Shown: piece by piece, positions 39,400 to 51,069 of the stretch
Position numbering within the stretch: position 1 is the stretch's first letter
How the letters are laid out: each line of letters opens with the position of its first letter
NCBI GenBank assembly: GCA_049999805.1
Contig: JBNGIO010006379.1
Location: 189,614 to 253,613 of the forward strand
DNA length: 64,000 bases
Reading direction: 5' to 3'
DNA from: Folioceros fuciformis
Lineage: Eukaryota
Program-made: the position numbers and the translations under genes
Notes under the pieces: generated by a model
Told to the model about the DNA's origin: nothing
The model's input: only the letters and a program-made list of their open reading frames with translations
Database searches by the model: none

Positions 39400-42300
39400 T
39401 GACCAATTTGTCCTAGCTAATTACGAGGAAGACATTACATTCCCAGAAAGAGAAAATTAGAAAATAGCAATTAAATTAGAATTAGATTACTTAAAAGCCA
39501 ATAAAACTTGGACCTTTATTAACTTATAGGATCTAATTGGACATTTTAAATTAAATTGAATGCAAATGACAGCGTAGGAAGGTATAAGACTAGATTAGTG
39601 GCCAAGGGTTACTCACAGCAACATAGATTCGACTATGATAAGATAAATATTAGGCCAGTGCATGAGATCACCTTACTTAGAACTCTTGTAGCACCAGCAT
39701 TTCATCACAACTATGAACTGATGGACTATGAACTCATGCACTTTGACATGAAAACCGCCTTCCTCTATGATGACCTTCAATGTACTATATATCTTATTGC
39801 AACTATGTACTTATGCAACTTGACATAAAAATCGGGTTACCATACCACATATGTGGAGATAGTGTCTTATCACAACTATGAATTTATATAACTTGACATA
39901 AAAACCGCCATCCTCTACAATGACCTCCAACTTACGTCGCATTGCAACTATGCACTTGTGCAACTTGACGTAACTCTAGAGCATCTCATCATAACTATGA
40001 ACTTTTTATTGGTAGAAAATAGGTCGGATTATGACAGCTTGCGCCATTGGAGGGAGTAACAACTATGAACTAATGCAACTTGACATAAAAAAACAAATGC
40101 AACTTGACATAAAAACCGTCACTTGCCATAGATATGGAAATAACGTCTAATCACAACTATGAACTTATGCAACTTGACATAAAAAATAAATGCGACTTGA
40201 CATAAAAACCGTCACTTACTATTAGCATAGATATGGAGATAGCATCTAATTGCAACTATGAATTTATACAACTTGACATAATACCAAAGCATCTCATTAT
40301 AACTATTAACTTATGTAGCTTGGCATAAAACCGCCTTCTTCTACGGTGACTTGCAACGGACCATCCTTTATATTTATATTGACGTACAACGTATTATATT
40401 CATGGAGATAGGACCTGCAACGTACCATATATGTGGAGATAGCATCTAATTATGATTATGATTATGAACGCAACGTACCATATATGTGGAGATAGCATCT
40501 AATTATGATTATGATTATGAACTCATACAACTTAACATAAAAACCGTCTTCCTCTACATTGACATGTATAAAAACCATCTTCCTCTACATTGACATGCAA
40601 CGTACCATAACATCGAGATAGCGTCTGATCACGATTGTGAATGTATGCAACTTGACATGAAAATTGGTTTCCTATACTTGGAGATGGCGATAAATCATGA
40701 CTATAACCTTATGTGACTTGACATGAAAATCGTCTTTCTATACATGGAGATAACATCTTATCACGACTATGAGCTTCAGTGACTCAACATGAAAACCGCC
40801 TTCCCATACATGGGGATAGCGTCCAATCACGACTATGAACTTATGTGACTTGACATGAAACCCATTTTCCTTTACATGGAGAAAGTGTCTAATCACAACT
40901 ATGAGCTTATGTGACTCAACATGAAAACTATGAGCTTATGTGANNNNNNNNNNGTGACTCAACATGAAAACTATGAGCTTATGTGACTCAACATGAAAAC
41001 CACCGGATAGCGTCTAATCACGACTATGAACTTTTGTGACTTGACATGAAACCCATTTTCCTATACATGGAGATAGCGTTTAATCACAATTATCAACTTA
41101 TGTGACTTCACATGAAAACCACCGTCCTCTACATGTCATCGTACCATATATATGGAGATAACGTCTCATTATCATTATGAACTTATGTAGCTTGACATAA
41201 AAATTGTCTTTCTCTTTAATAACCTACAACGTATTATATGTACGGAGATAACATCTCGTTGCCACTATGAACTTATACATCTTGACATAAAAACTGCCTT
41301 CCTCTATAATGACCTCCAACGTACCATATATATTAAGATAGTGTCTCAATACCATTGTGAACTTATACAGTTTTACATAAAAATTACCCTATATATATGG
41401 AGATACTTGAAGAAATAAAGGTTGACAAAAGATTATACTACATTTGCTTATTATTAAAAGCACTTCATGGATTAAAACAAAGTGCTATGGAGTGGTATGT
41501 TAAACTAGATGAAACCCTAGAGACATTAGGATTTACTAAGCTAGAATCTGATAACATCTATATGAATAGATCAAAAGACTACTTCATTCTACTTGTTATA
41601 AATGTAGATAACATAGTACTCATATCCAACTTCAAGCCTATGCTATGAGATACGGGGTCAATGCTTTCAAAACATTTTGCCAGGACCACATCTAGGGAAC
41701 TATCCAATTGCTTAGGAATTCAAATAGTTAGACATAAGTAATCTAGAAGCACATTAATACATTAATCAAAATATATTCATGAGGTTCTAGCTAAGTATAA
41801 TATGTTTGACTCTAAAGTTGTATCTACACAAATGCAGGTTAACCTCAAGCTCACTAAACCGTATGAAAACTCAAGTGAAAGTGCCTAATCCAATGAGTTG
41901 GTAGCCTTATGTATTAAATGGTTTGCATGAAGCCGACCTCCCTTTTTTAGGAGGAGCTCTATCTTAGTTCTTGTATCCTAGCTGACACAACATAACTAAT
42001 AGACCATCAAGTCAATCTTCAAATATCTCAAATCCACATCTAATATTGGACTTTTATATCAATCATCCACTAAGCGAGGTGGGCCTCTCCAACTCCAAGC
42101 ATTTAGTGATGCTAATTGAAAGCCTCTCCAACTCTAAGGATTCATTGATTGCCATCAAGCCTGGTAATTGGAAGGCCATAAGCTTGGTAATTGGAAGGCC
42201 ATAAGCTTGATAATTGGAAGGCCATAAGCTTGGTAACTGAAAGCCCATCAAACCAATCTTCAAATAAGTCAGATCCACATCCAATGTTGGACTTTTATAT

Positions 42301-43230
42301 CAATCATCCACTAAGTCAAGTGAGCCTCTCTAACTCCAAGCATTTAGTGATGCTAATTGGGGTGGGAATAATGTCATCATGAAGAACATCAGCAGCTATG
42401 CCTCTGCAACTCCAAGCATTTAGTGACCCAAGGGTGGGGATAAAGTCTTCATGAAGAGCAACAGCTAAGTGCCTCTAATTCCAAGCATTCAACTCCAAGC
42501 ATTCATTGATGCTAATTGAGGTGGGATAATATCATCAAAAAGAGCGTCAGATGATCAATCAAAAAGAGCGTCAGATGATCAAAGTCCAAAGTCTTGGTGA
42601 CTTGATAAGCTTAATAAAATGGAAGTAAAACGCGGTGTTCGTCAATGCTATAATGAACTCAGTAGCTATGTGTCCCGTTCTAAGAGGGATAGCCACAAGT
42701 TGGAGTAGCAGGCGACAATGAGTTATTATCTTAAGCCCTACATAAGCAAGAGTATTGCTCACTAACTTACGCTAACAAAGAGTTCCATGCAAAATTCAAA
42801 AGAATAGTAAAATTCAAAAAGTAGTTAAAAATGGTAAATTTAAAGTTTTGTAACGGCTGACCGAGCAAATGACGGCGGACATCCTTACCAAGGCACCCCG
42901 CCTCCGCGAAGCCTCAACAACGCTGCGCATCTATCAGCCTGAGAAGATTATGAGACATGATTAGTAATAGTTAAAAGCTAGCCGTGACTGGCATTAAAAC
43001 TGAAGTACATAATGCTTGCAGGCTAAGTGGGAGTATAAAGATATGTAGCGTCCTAAGCATTAGGAAAGGCTTGGTGCCGATCACGAAACGTCACTCAATT
43101 AAGCAGTTCCTTCTACAGCACCGCTGCACCATAAGAACAACACTCTGTACATTCATTCAGATTAGATCCAAAAATCCACACGCCCATGTGCAGGAATCAA
43201 AGGCGTATGTGAACTTTAACACTGGCAACA
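39400..43230 (+). mobile_element. Degenerate Ty1/Copia LTR retrotransposon (RT and RNase H remnants)
   Basis: RYKTRLVAKGYSQ, HFDMKTAFLY, LLKALHGLKQSAMEWY, ILLVINVDNIV (decayed YVDD) and TADILTKAP near 42870. Purine-rich aagtgggag at 43025-43033 is a possible PPT. Many stops; LTR ends are not established. Confidence 0.85.
39690..41400 (+). repeat. Degenerate ~66-bp satellite derived from the Copia RT 'ELMQLDMKTAFLY' segment
   Basis: Roughly twenty or more variants of (gatagcgtctaatcac)gactatgaacttatg(tg/ca)acttgacat(g/a)aaaacc between two RT coding blocks. Confidence 0.85.
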
Positions 43231-43891
43231 TAAATTCAGTAACAATTGCGTGCCTCCTGCAAGCATGTGCAGGCGACCTTCAGAATGATCTGAGGTTGAA
43301 GAAGGGAACTGAAAAGCTGAAAAAAATGAAACATCAGCTCCCTTGCCGGCAGCAAGCAAAGGCTTGCTTGATTTCCTCAGTCCCGGATCCCAGCTTGTTC
43401 AGGCACGGTCACCAAAATCAGGGCACCCATCGAAATTGCTTGCGAAAACGAGTCTGGATTCCGGAGTTCGGTCACAACGTGGTCACAAATCTGAGATTCA
43501 GAAGGTCTGTTTGAGAACCATACATTTAATCCTGTTACTGATGATAGGAGGCTCGGAATCACACCGGCCAGACGTGTGCCGCACGCAAACAGGGATCTGA
43601 AAACAGAGCCCTGCGACAAGCGATTATAAGTGATCCCTACTCGAGATCGGCGGGTAGACGTTCTATTTTTCTTAAATGGTTTCCGGGGTACAATCTTAAT
43701 TTGCAAAACCGACGCGTCACACATCACGTTCCCGCTCGAAAAATGCAAACTTGGTCCCATGACCTGCACAGACCGGTACGTTCCGAGCAGTTTGACGTGT
43801 GCAAGGCGGCTGGCCGCCAGCCTCAAGGGAGTTCCAAGTCGTGATTTCCAGAAGGTGCGGCCAAGCAGCTGATGAGTGAGGGCAGCGGCAG

Positions 43892-46800
43892 ATGCACCGT
43901 GGGCAGCTTGGTGGAGCTCTGGACATGGACGCTTCAAGGAGTACCGAGGCTGAGGAGAAGATGAGGGAACTGGAGGCTGCAGCTCTGAAGTCCCTTCACT
44001 CCAAGGAGCTCATGGTCTACAATCGTGACGGGACTTGTACCTGCCCCTTCCGTTCCAGCGAGAGGAAGACCCATCTGTACAAGCACCTCGAGTTCTGCTC
44101 CCACGCCGAGAATCTCATGAAGGACAGGGAGACCGGAGACCAGCACAACGCGCTCCTTACCTCCCTGGAGCGGGAGCTGATGCGGCATTTGGAGGATGCT
44201 GCTCCCCGGATTTTCAAGCTCCTGCGGGATGAGCTGAGGCAGCGGGCGGAGATCATGGCCCCCAGGGTGTTGACGGTTGTGCAGCCTGCACCCAAGCGCG
44301 TGCGTCCCGAGCACCGGGTGGTGCATCCCTGGGCAGGGATTGTTCACAATGTCAACACCCTGGAGAGAAACATGCGGAGAATGCTCCCCGAAAACTTGAA
44401 GCTTAGGGACCAATTCGCGCATTTCCAGCCTCAGTGCGTTAAGACGTTCTGGGAGTACGAAGGGGTGCAGGGAGTGTCCGTCCTCGTGTTCGGGCAGGAC
44501 ATGAAGGCGTATGCGAATGGCAGGTCGTTTGAGGAGAGCTTCCAGGCCGTGCAACGGGGCCGGACTGACTGGGAGCGGTGTACGGCGGCCCGCCAGAAGA
44601 TGACGGATCTCTTCGGCTGGATGGCTCAGGAAGACGACTACTACGAGCCTGGGCAGGCGGGGCAGTTTCTCCGGGAGATGCATAAACTCACCACGATGCA
44701 TGACGTAGTGGAGGAGCAGACGAAGGACAGGCAGGGGCTGGTCAAGAAGAGTGAGGTGGCGGAGCTGGTGGACCCTCTGAAGAAGGGGCTGCCTAAGCCG
44801 TCCAGAGCGAAAACTGAGAAATTCAGCCTCGGTAACAAGGGGGTGCAGGCTTGGGAGAAGGCTAAGGTGACGACTCATTTTCAGAAACAGCTGCCGGAGG
44901 AGGAGACTCGACAAGGTGAGTGCATCTCGTCATGTTTGCGACTTGTCGTCTGATGGGTCGATGGCAGGGTGGGCAGTGACGACACGAGGTTGTTTTTTTG
45001 TTTTTGTGGCAGTGCGCTTCGAAACGATCAAGGCTGCGCCGCTGCGGGTCCCGGCCAATCGCGACCTCAAGGTGGTGTACCCGTGGGTGGGACTCATCTA
45101 CAATGCACCGACTCTTGACCCGGATGGCAGGCGGACCAGCCCCGGGCGCGGAGGGGTGAGGGAGCAGTTTGAGGAGTTCGATCCCCAGCAGGTTCAAGTG
45201 TTCTGGGCTGTTGACGGGCCAATGGGGGTCGCGGCTATCACCTTTAAGCCAGGTGCGAAGGGGTATGAGGATTGTCGACTGTTTAACAGAAGTTTTGTTC
45301 GGAAACATCAGGGAAGGCAGAATTGGCTTGAGAACAAGGGGACGTATCGGCAGGGGAGGGACCTTTATGGCTGGATGGCCGGTGAAGAAGACTACAATGA
45401 TGAAGGGAGAGTCGGGGAGTTTTTGCGGAAGAGTTATCATTCGATCACATTGAACCAGCTGGTGGACAAGGAAATGATGTCTGGCGACCTGTTGGAGAAG
45501 CAGCTGCTTGAAATCATCCAGGAACAAATTAGGCAGTTGCCGGAAAGGGCACACACGAACAAGAAAGCGGACCAGGGATTGCAACTGCAAGTACAAGGTT
45601 TGGGGCCTCTCAGCTGGCTTTTTGTCATCGTTTCCATGTTCCCTGCCTCCGTTGCCCACGGTGAAGTGATCTGTCACAGGGAACGAAACACTGAGAGCGG
45701 ATTCTAAACGAGAGACGAGGAAACGGGCTCAGGAATTGGATGCACAATTGGCATCCCTGGTGGCGCGCTATTGGAAAATGAGCACCAATGACACCCAGAA
45801 TGAAGGAGAAAGGAGGCAGCTCGAACTCAAAATACCAGAGGTACCGGTGAAGCTTGCCCTTTTTCTTGTCCTTCAAGCAATGAGGTGAATCTTTACATTT
45901 CTTTCTCTTAGTGCCGACGAGCCGAGGAGGGGAGAGGAACTGTTTCTCCACTAACGTCTCAGGCGTGGTTTGGACAGAATGAGATCCTGCTACAAATGGT
46001 CGCCCAGGAATGGACCCGAGTTCGAGACAGGGTCCGCAAAAAGCACCTAAGTCCGATAGAGAAGTTCGAGGTAACTTACATGACGTTATCACAAACTGCA
46101 GATTCTTGTGGCTTGCGTGCACAAGGTTTCTATAGTGACCTGTGAGGGAATGTTACCACGAGAAATTGCAGAACGAGCTGAAGAGGTACCTGGAGAAGGA
46201 AATTCATGATCAGCAATAGGACCGGATTCCTGCAAAGCAGCAAAAGATGGTGATGGAACGACGATAGTACGTACTGGACCCAGAGACGATAGGAACACAG
46301 AGACGGAATGTTGCAGGCACGGAGCAAGCGACAGTTACTGGGAAAATCTATGAGATGGAGGAGAACGTTCAAGGAACCTGATTGATATCGTTTACCACTT
46401 GGCTGTGTCTCATCGACGTCCCCCGTGGTTGGTCCTCTCCATCGGGGGCGTCGAATGCCACACAGGCCATATCTGTTGACTTCAAATAAATTGTTTGTTT
46501 GTCGTTTGTCCCATCGACTGGAGGTGTCCTTGGATGTGAGTCCCGGTTTCTGCTTCTCGGGCGACGCCCCTGGTCGATGTGCGGTGGAGGTGTCCTTGGA
46601 TGTGAGTCCCGGTTTCTGCTTCTCGGGCGACGCCCCTGGTCGATGTGCGGTGGTTAGATGCAACAGAGGCCCAGGACGAGGACCAGCTCCGTAACCCATT
46701 CCTGGGTGACCATGGATCAGCTCTTTGAATAAGGCCCGCACCCAGAATTTTGAATGTAGAACTGTAGCTGTGCAGAATGAATTCTGAACATCATGTAACC

Positions 46801-47181
46801 TTGTAGTGCTGAGCTGGGTAAGGAACCAGTTGAACAGGAATCCACGAGCTCTTAGGATGCTTGGGAGAGGAGTTCCAATGAACCTACAGACTAGGTTTTG
46901 GATGTCATTCTTGGATTTCAAGAACAACGTTCAAAGCTCAAAGCCCATTTCGTGTGGAAAAGTCATCTTTGAGATGACGTTTCCACACAAAATGCAATCT
47001 CGTGGCTTGCGTGCACAAGGTTTGTGGCGTGACTTGAGAGGGAATGTTGCCTTGCAGCGAGAGTCGCAGAACGAACGGATGAACCTGGAGAACAAATTTC
47101 TGCGACAAGAGCTGTATCTTGACAAGCTGGGGATGGCGGGAGAACCACTGTGCATACAGAAGTCGATAGAAATACCATAAC
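43892..47181 (+). CDS. XS-domain protein (IDN2/FDM/SGS3-related) with zf-XS-like region, two XS domains and coiled-coil exons; 3' end uncertain
   Basis: GTCTCPF...HLYKHLEFCSHA. XS1: VVHPWAGIVHNV...DLFGWMAQEDDY...GQFLR. Intron 44916-45012. XS2: VVYPWVGLIYNA...DLYGWMAGEEDY...VGEFLRK. Coiled-coil exon at about 45680-45840. Confidence 0.75.
46519..46652. repeat. 66-bp perfect direct duplication
   Basis: tggaggtgtccttggatgtgagtcccggtttctgcttctcgggcgacgcccctggtcgatgtgcgg occurs twice in tandem. Confidence 0.9.
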
Positions 47182-47443
47182 TGAAAGTTACAGGCACGGA
47201 AGCAACAAACTGGCAAGATTGCAGGGTTGGAGTACAAACTGCGAGAACTTAACACACATGCGGTTGCGGGGGCCGTCGAGGTCGGCATCGACGGGGGTGC
47301 AGCTTGAACTTAGAGACAGCCTGAGGGGAGCAGGTTTATTCCAACATTAGTTTTGGAGAGAAATCCCATTTATAAACCGGAGAGTCCGAGAGGATAAGGA
47401 TAAGGATCTCCACAGATCTGACGAGGGTTTAAACGTGAACGTT

Positions 47444-48832
47444 TCACACAGACCTGGCCCTAAACGTCAAGTAGCTATACAGAACGGTCAGCTCCCGCTG
47501 AAAGGTTCGTGATGCTTGAAGCTCCGGCAGGTAGTGCATCAACGAATTGTTCAGCTCCTTGTCGTGATAAAGTCCCAGCCTGATTATTTCCCGATCGTAA
47601 ACTGTTGCCGCTTCCTGTGCTGTTGTCCATTGGAACCTCTGGATCTTTGGCATGGTGGTGAGTGGCATATTTCTGTTCGGAATGGCGTAGTATCGGCCTG
47701 CTACGTCCAAATTGTCAACAAACACATGAGCTTCATACTTGATGTCGGGGCACCTTAGATCGGGTAGTTGATGTTTGGTCTTGCACCGTTTTCTGATGTA
47801 CACACCGTGTGGCAGCCTGCCCCTGTATAGATGACGAGGCACGAATCCGCGCCCGGGCTGCGCTTCCCTCCTGACGTAGTGAAGCACCTCCCGCCAATCC
47901 GTAAGAGCCACCCATTCCGGTTGCTGCAACCGCTCCAAGTACACCTGTAAATGCTCAGGCGCTGTAAAATTCAGGTTCACTCGAGATCTCGAATCCAACC
48001 TCAACCCGCTTAGGTACAGCTTGAGCTGCACTAGGTCCCAGAACACCGCTGCTATTGTTGCACTATGAAAAGTTGCCAGAAAAATTTGCGAGGGATTCTT
48101 CCTGCGAGTCCGCACGTTCCGATTGTGAGACACCGACACCTGCACTTCGTACCTCTCATTCCCTTTATGCCATCGCACTCCGTAATAGTTCTCGCTTTCA
48201 GGTTCCTCTATGGCGCTCACGGTGTCCTGGCCATCCGCCTCTTTTTCGCCGTCAACTTCTGCCTGGTTAGCAACCTGTTCCTGCTCAGCAACCTCCTGCT
48301 GCTCATCAACCGCTTCCCGGTGATCAACCTCTTTCTGGTGACCAACCTCTTCCTGGTGACCAACCCCTTCCTGCTTCCCACTACTCGAGCACTCATAACA
48401 AGTCCTCGCTCTCTTGCTTTTCCACGGTATCTTCTTGGACGCGACCTTGAAATGTTGCACTGCTCTTTGCAGATCCTCCATAGTTGGCGGCACTGGCGGA
48501 GCTCTTTCTCCCTTGACAGTCATGATTGCGTCCACGACGTCCTTCATCGTCAGGTAAATTGAGCTCAGAAAATCACCGAGTTTGAAGAGCCGCCATGGCA
48601 ACTGTGGAGTGCCACTGGAGTTTGTGCTTGTGCTGCCCTCCTGTCTGTTAGCATGTGAGAATGTGTCAAGCAAATAATTATTTTGCATGAAGAACTCCAT
48701 CCTTTCATCCACCCATCGCTTGGGGATCAAGTCATGAGCATCCGCTTCAGGTCTCTGAGCAAAGTCCTCTGGCCCACAATCCATCAGACTTAAGCCAGCA
48801 TGTAGAGTACGGTCCCAAGTTTCACAATTCAA
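47444..48832 (-). CDS. Divergent protein with two AP2-like DNA-binding domains (long uninterrupted frame; start uncertain, first ATG 48784)
   Basis: AP2-like 1: YYGVRWHKGNERYEVQV...QIFLATFHSATIAAVFWD...VNLNF. AP2-like 2: HGVYIRK...KYEAHV...WTTAQEAATVYDREII...ELNN. Confidence 0.65.
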   Translation of the reverse strand: MNCETWDRTLHAGLSLMDCGPEDFAQRPEADAHDLIPKRWVDERMEFFMQNNYLLDTFSHANRQEGSTSTNSSGTPQLPWRLFKLGDFLSSIYLTMKDVVDAIMTVKGERAPPVPPTMEDLQRAVQHFKVASKKIPWKSKRARTCYECSSSGKQEGVGHQEEVGHQKEVDHREAVDEQQEVAEQEQVANQAEVDGEKEADGQDTVSAIEEPESENYYGVRWHKGNERYEVQVSVSHNRNVRTRRKNPSQIFLATFHSATIAAVFWDLVQLKLYLSGLRLDSRSRVNLNFTAPEHLQVYLERLQQPEWVALTDWREVLHYVRREAQPGRGFVPRHLYRGRLPHGVYIRKRCKTKHQLPDLRCPDIKYEAHVFVDNLDVAGRYYAIPNRNMPLTTMPKIQRFQWTTAQEAATVYDREIIRLGLYHDKELNNSLMHYLPELQASRTFQRELTVLYSYLTFRARSV

Positions 48833-49899
48833 GTCTCGAGATGCTGCAGGAGCGGCCTCTTACTACTAGCTCGCGGCGCTGGATGCTCCTGACCCGTGGC
48901 GACAAGGATGTGGAGTCCTGCGCATGCCCGCCTGCTGCTCCCTGCCGTGACTGTGCCTCAGTTCGAAGTAACAAAGTTGAACAATGAACTCAGAACATTC
49001 CTAGCCCTTACGAACGTGGAGGAACTCACCTAACCGAATTGGTTTCCGCCAGCTTAATCCCCAATCGATCGGGAAGACAGACCTAAATGGTTTCTTGCCT
49101 AGGAAGGTTGCAAAATAGGCGGGACACCTTGTGCAGAGATAAAAGGCTATAGTAAGACGATAAGTTTGATATAAACAATGGCAGTCTATTGATAGTTATA
49201 TAGCCTTTTGGCTCTCTGTATACCTCGATAAACATAAAACTTATCTCGATGGGGATGACGATATTATTATTTTTTTAAAGATTTTTCTTTTCATAACTTA
49301 ATGAAATAAATCTGAAAGAAAATGACAAAGTACTTGGGGAGAAGTCTGCCCAAATCGATTTCCATATTTTCAAGACTACATCTTGTTATGGAATACCCAA
49401 AGTGACACCTCCTATAGTATATGGTCCCGTATTTTACAGCCAATGGACATGACCATATTGGGATAAATAGTAGGCTTCAAATCATAGGGGTTGATTTTTT
49501 CTCCTAATATTACGGCTTGTCATCGACCATAGATGCAAGCATTATATAGTTTTTTAAGGTTAATTTTAGGAAAAGGCTTTTTTCAATATTAATTCAAATT
49601 AGTAATTCTCCTCTTATTAAAATATATTAAAGGATATCATGCTGTGACTATCTTTAAAGAAGGCATGACGTATCAATGTTAAAGGAAAATAATTAGAAAT
49701 TGTTAGAAGCACTTTAGGTTATAGCAAGAGAGATATAGCAAGAGAGAGCAAGTGATAATAAGTTAGATATAGACTTGAATCACTTAGTTTTGAGTCATGG
49801 AATGTCGAGAGTGATGAGCTATAGTAAGACAATCAAGTAGCACATAAAGATTTGTTAAATGGAGATGACACATAAATAGAAATGCTTCTTTATTAACTG

Positions 49900-50180
49900 A
49901 TGGATTTGGGTCTTGGAACAACATGGTTCCACATGCTTGTGGTTCAACTAGTGGATTTGGGTCTTGGAACAACATGGTTCCACATGCTTGTAGTTCAACT
50001 AGTGGATTTAGGTCTTGGAACAACATGGTTCCACATGCTTGTGGTTCAACTAGTGGATTTGGGTCTTGGAACAACATGGTTCCACATGCTTGTGGTTCAA
50101 CTAGTGGATTTGGGTCTTGGAACAACATGGTTCCACATGCTTGTGGTTCAACTAGTGGATTTGGGTCTTAGAACAACATG
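49900..50180. repeat. 51-bp near-perfect tandem repeat, about 5.5 copies
   Basis: gtggatttgggtcttggaacaacatggttccacatgcttgtggttcaacta at 49951, 50002, 50053 and 50104, with flanking partial or variant copies. Confidence 0.95.
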
Positions 50181-51069
50181 AGTTTCTATTTAACCTTCAC
50201 TTGAAGAAGGAAGTTGCATTGAAGAAGGAAGTTGCATACATTGAAAATTCTTCTGAAGAATATTATAAAAAAAAGGTCTCTTTTAAGTCGTGCTTAAGTA
50301 AAAGATGCAATTGGGATCATACGCATATTTTTTTTAGCAATAACCAAATGATATGATACCTACAATCAAGAATTCTCAATAAATTGACAAAGAAGTTTTA
50401 TATAGGTTAGGTCATCATTGAAACAAGTAGAAATAACCGTTTTCTTTTGCAAATTTAAAGTTTATTTTTGAATAAAATGATTTTATATTATAATTATTAT
50501 ATTTATATATTAATTTTAAATAAAATATATCATAATCTATAAAGTATAGTTTATAATTCTCACATTCTAAATATTTTGTTTTTGAAAAATACATGAATTC
50601 TGTAATTGTTACCCCTCCCTAAATGTGACATGATGGAAGTAGGGGTCTTAATAACATTTAAGGAGGGTGGACTGCAATTATGCACGTCTTGTCCTATCTG
50701 TATTCCGCATTCTGTAGCTGATAACTCCATTAAACAGAGGAGTTTATTCTTCGTATTTCCAATATGATAAACTCTGGCTTGCTGTCAGGCACTACTTGCT
50801 TCCGATCACCACCTGACTCTAGAAACTATCTAGGACGCCTGATGTATGACTCACTAGTTTCTGAGCCCGGTTTTATTGCATAAGCTGTGAAGAAATGAGG
50901 GCATCGTCTACCAGGAGAAAAGCCAGGAACTGTACAGAGCCGGTTACATCTATGCACTGCTGCAGTCGTGGTCAATCAAAAGAATTGTCTCGGACCTCCG
51001 CTGGAGCGGCACAAGCTTGATTTTGTGCCTTCCACCTGATCTATAATATACAAAGATGCACCACTGGCA

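Noticed and set aside
42984-43937. 176-aa and 186-aa ORFs
   Set aside because: No motifs. They overlap the putative Copia 3' end and the upstream region of the XS gene.
43934-45677. Long minus-strand ORFs (326 aa and 271 aa)
   Set aside because: Antisense shadows of the GC-rich XS-domain exons, with no recognisable domain.
49784-50181. ORFs with 17-aa repeats on both strands; CRISPR-like look
   Set aside because: They are translations of a 51-bp tandem repeat. There are no unique spacers or cas genes, and the context is eukaryotic.
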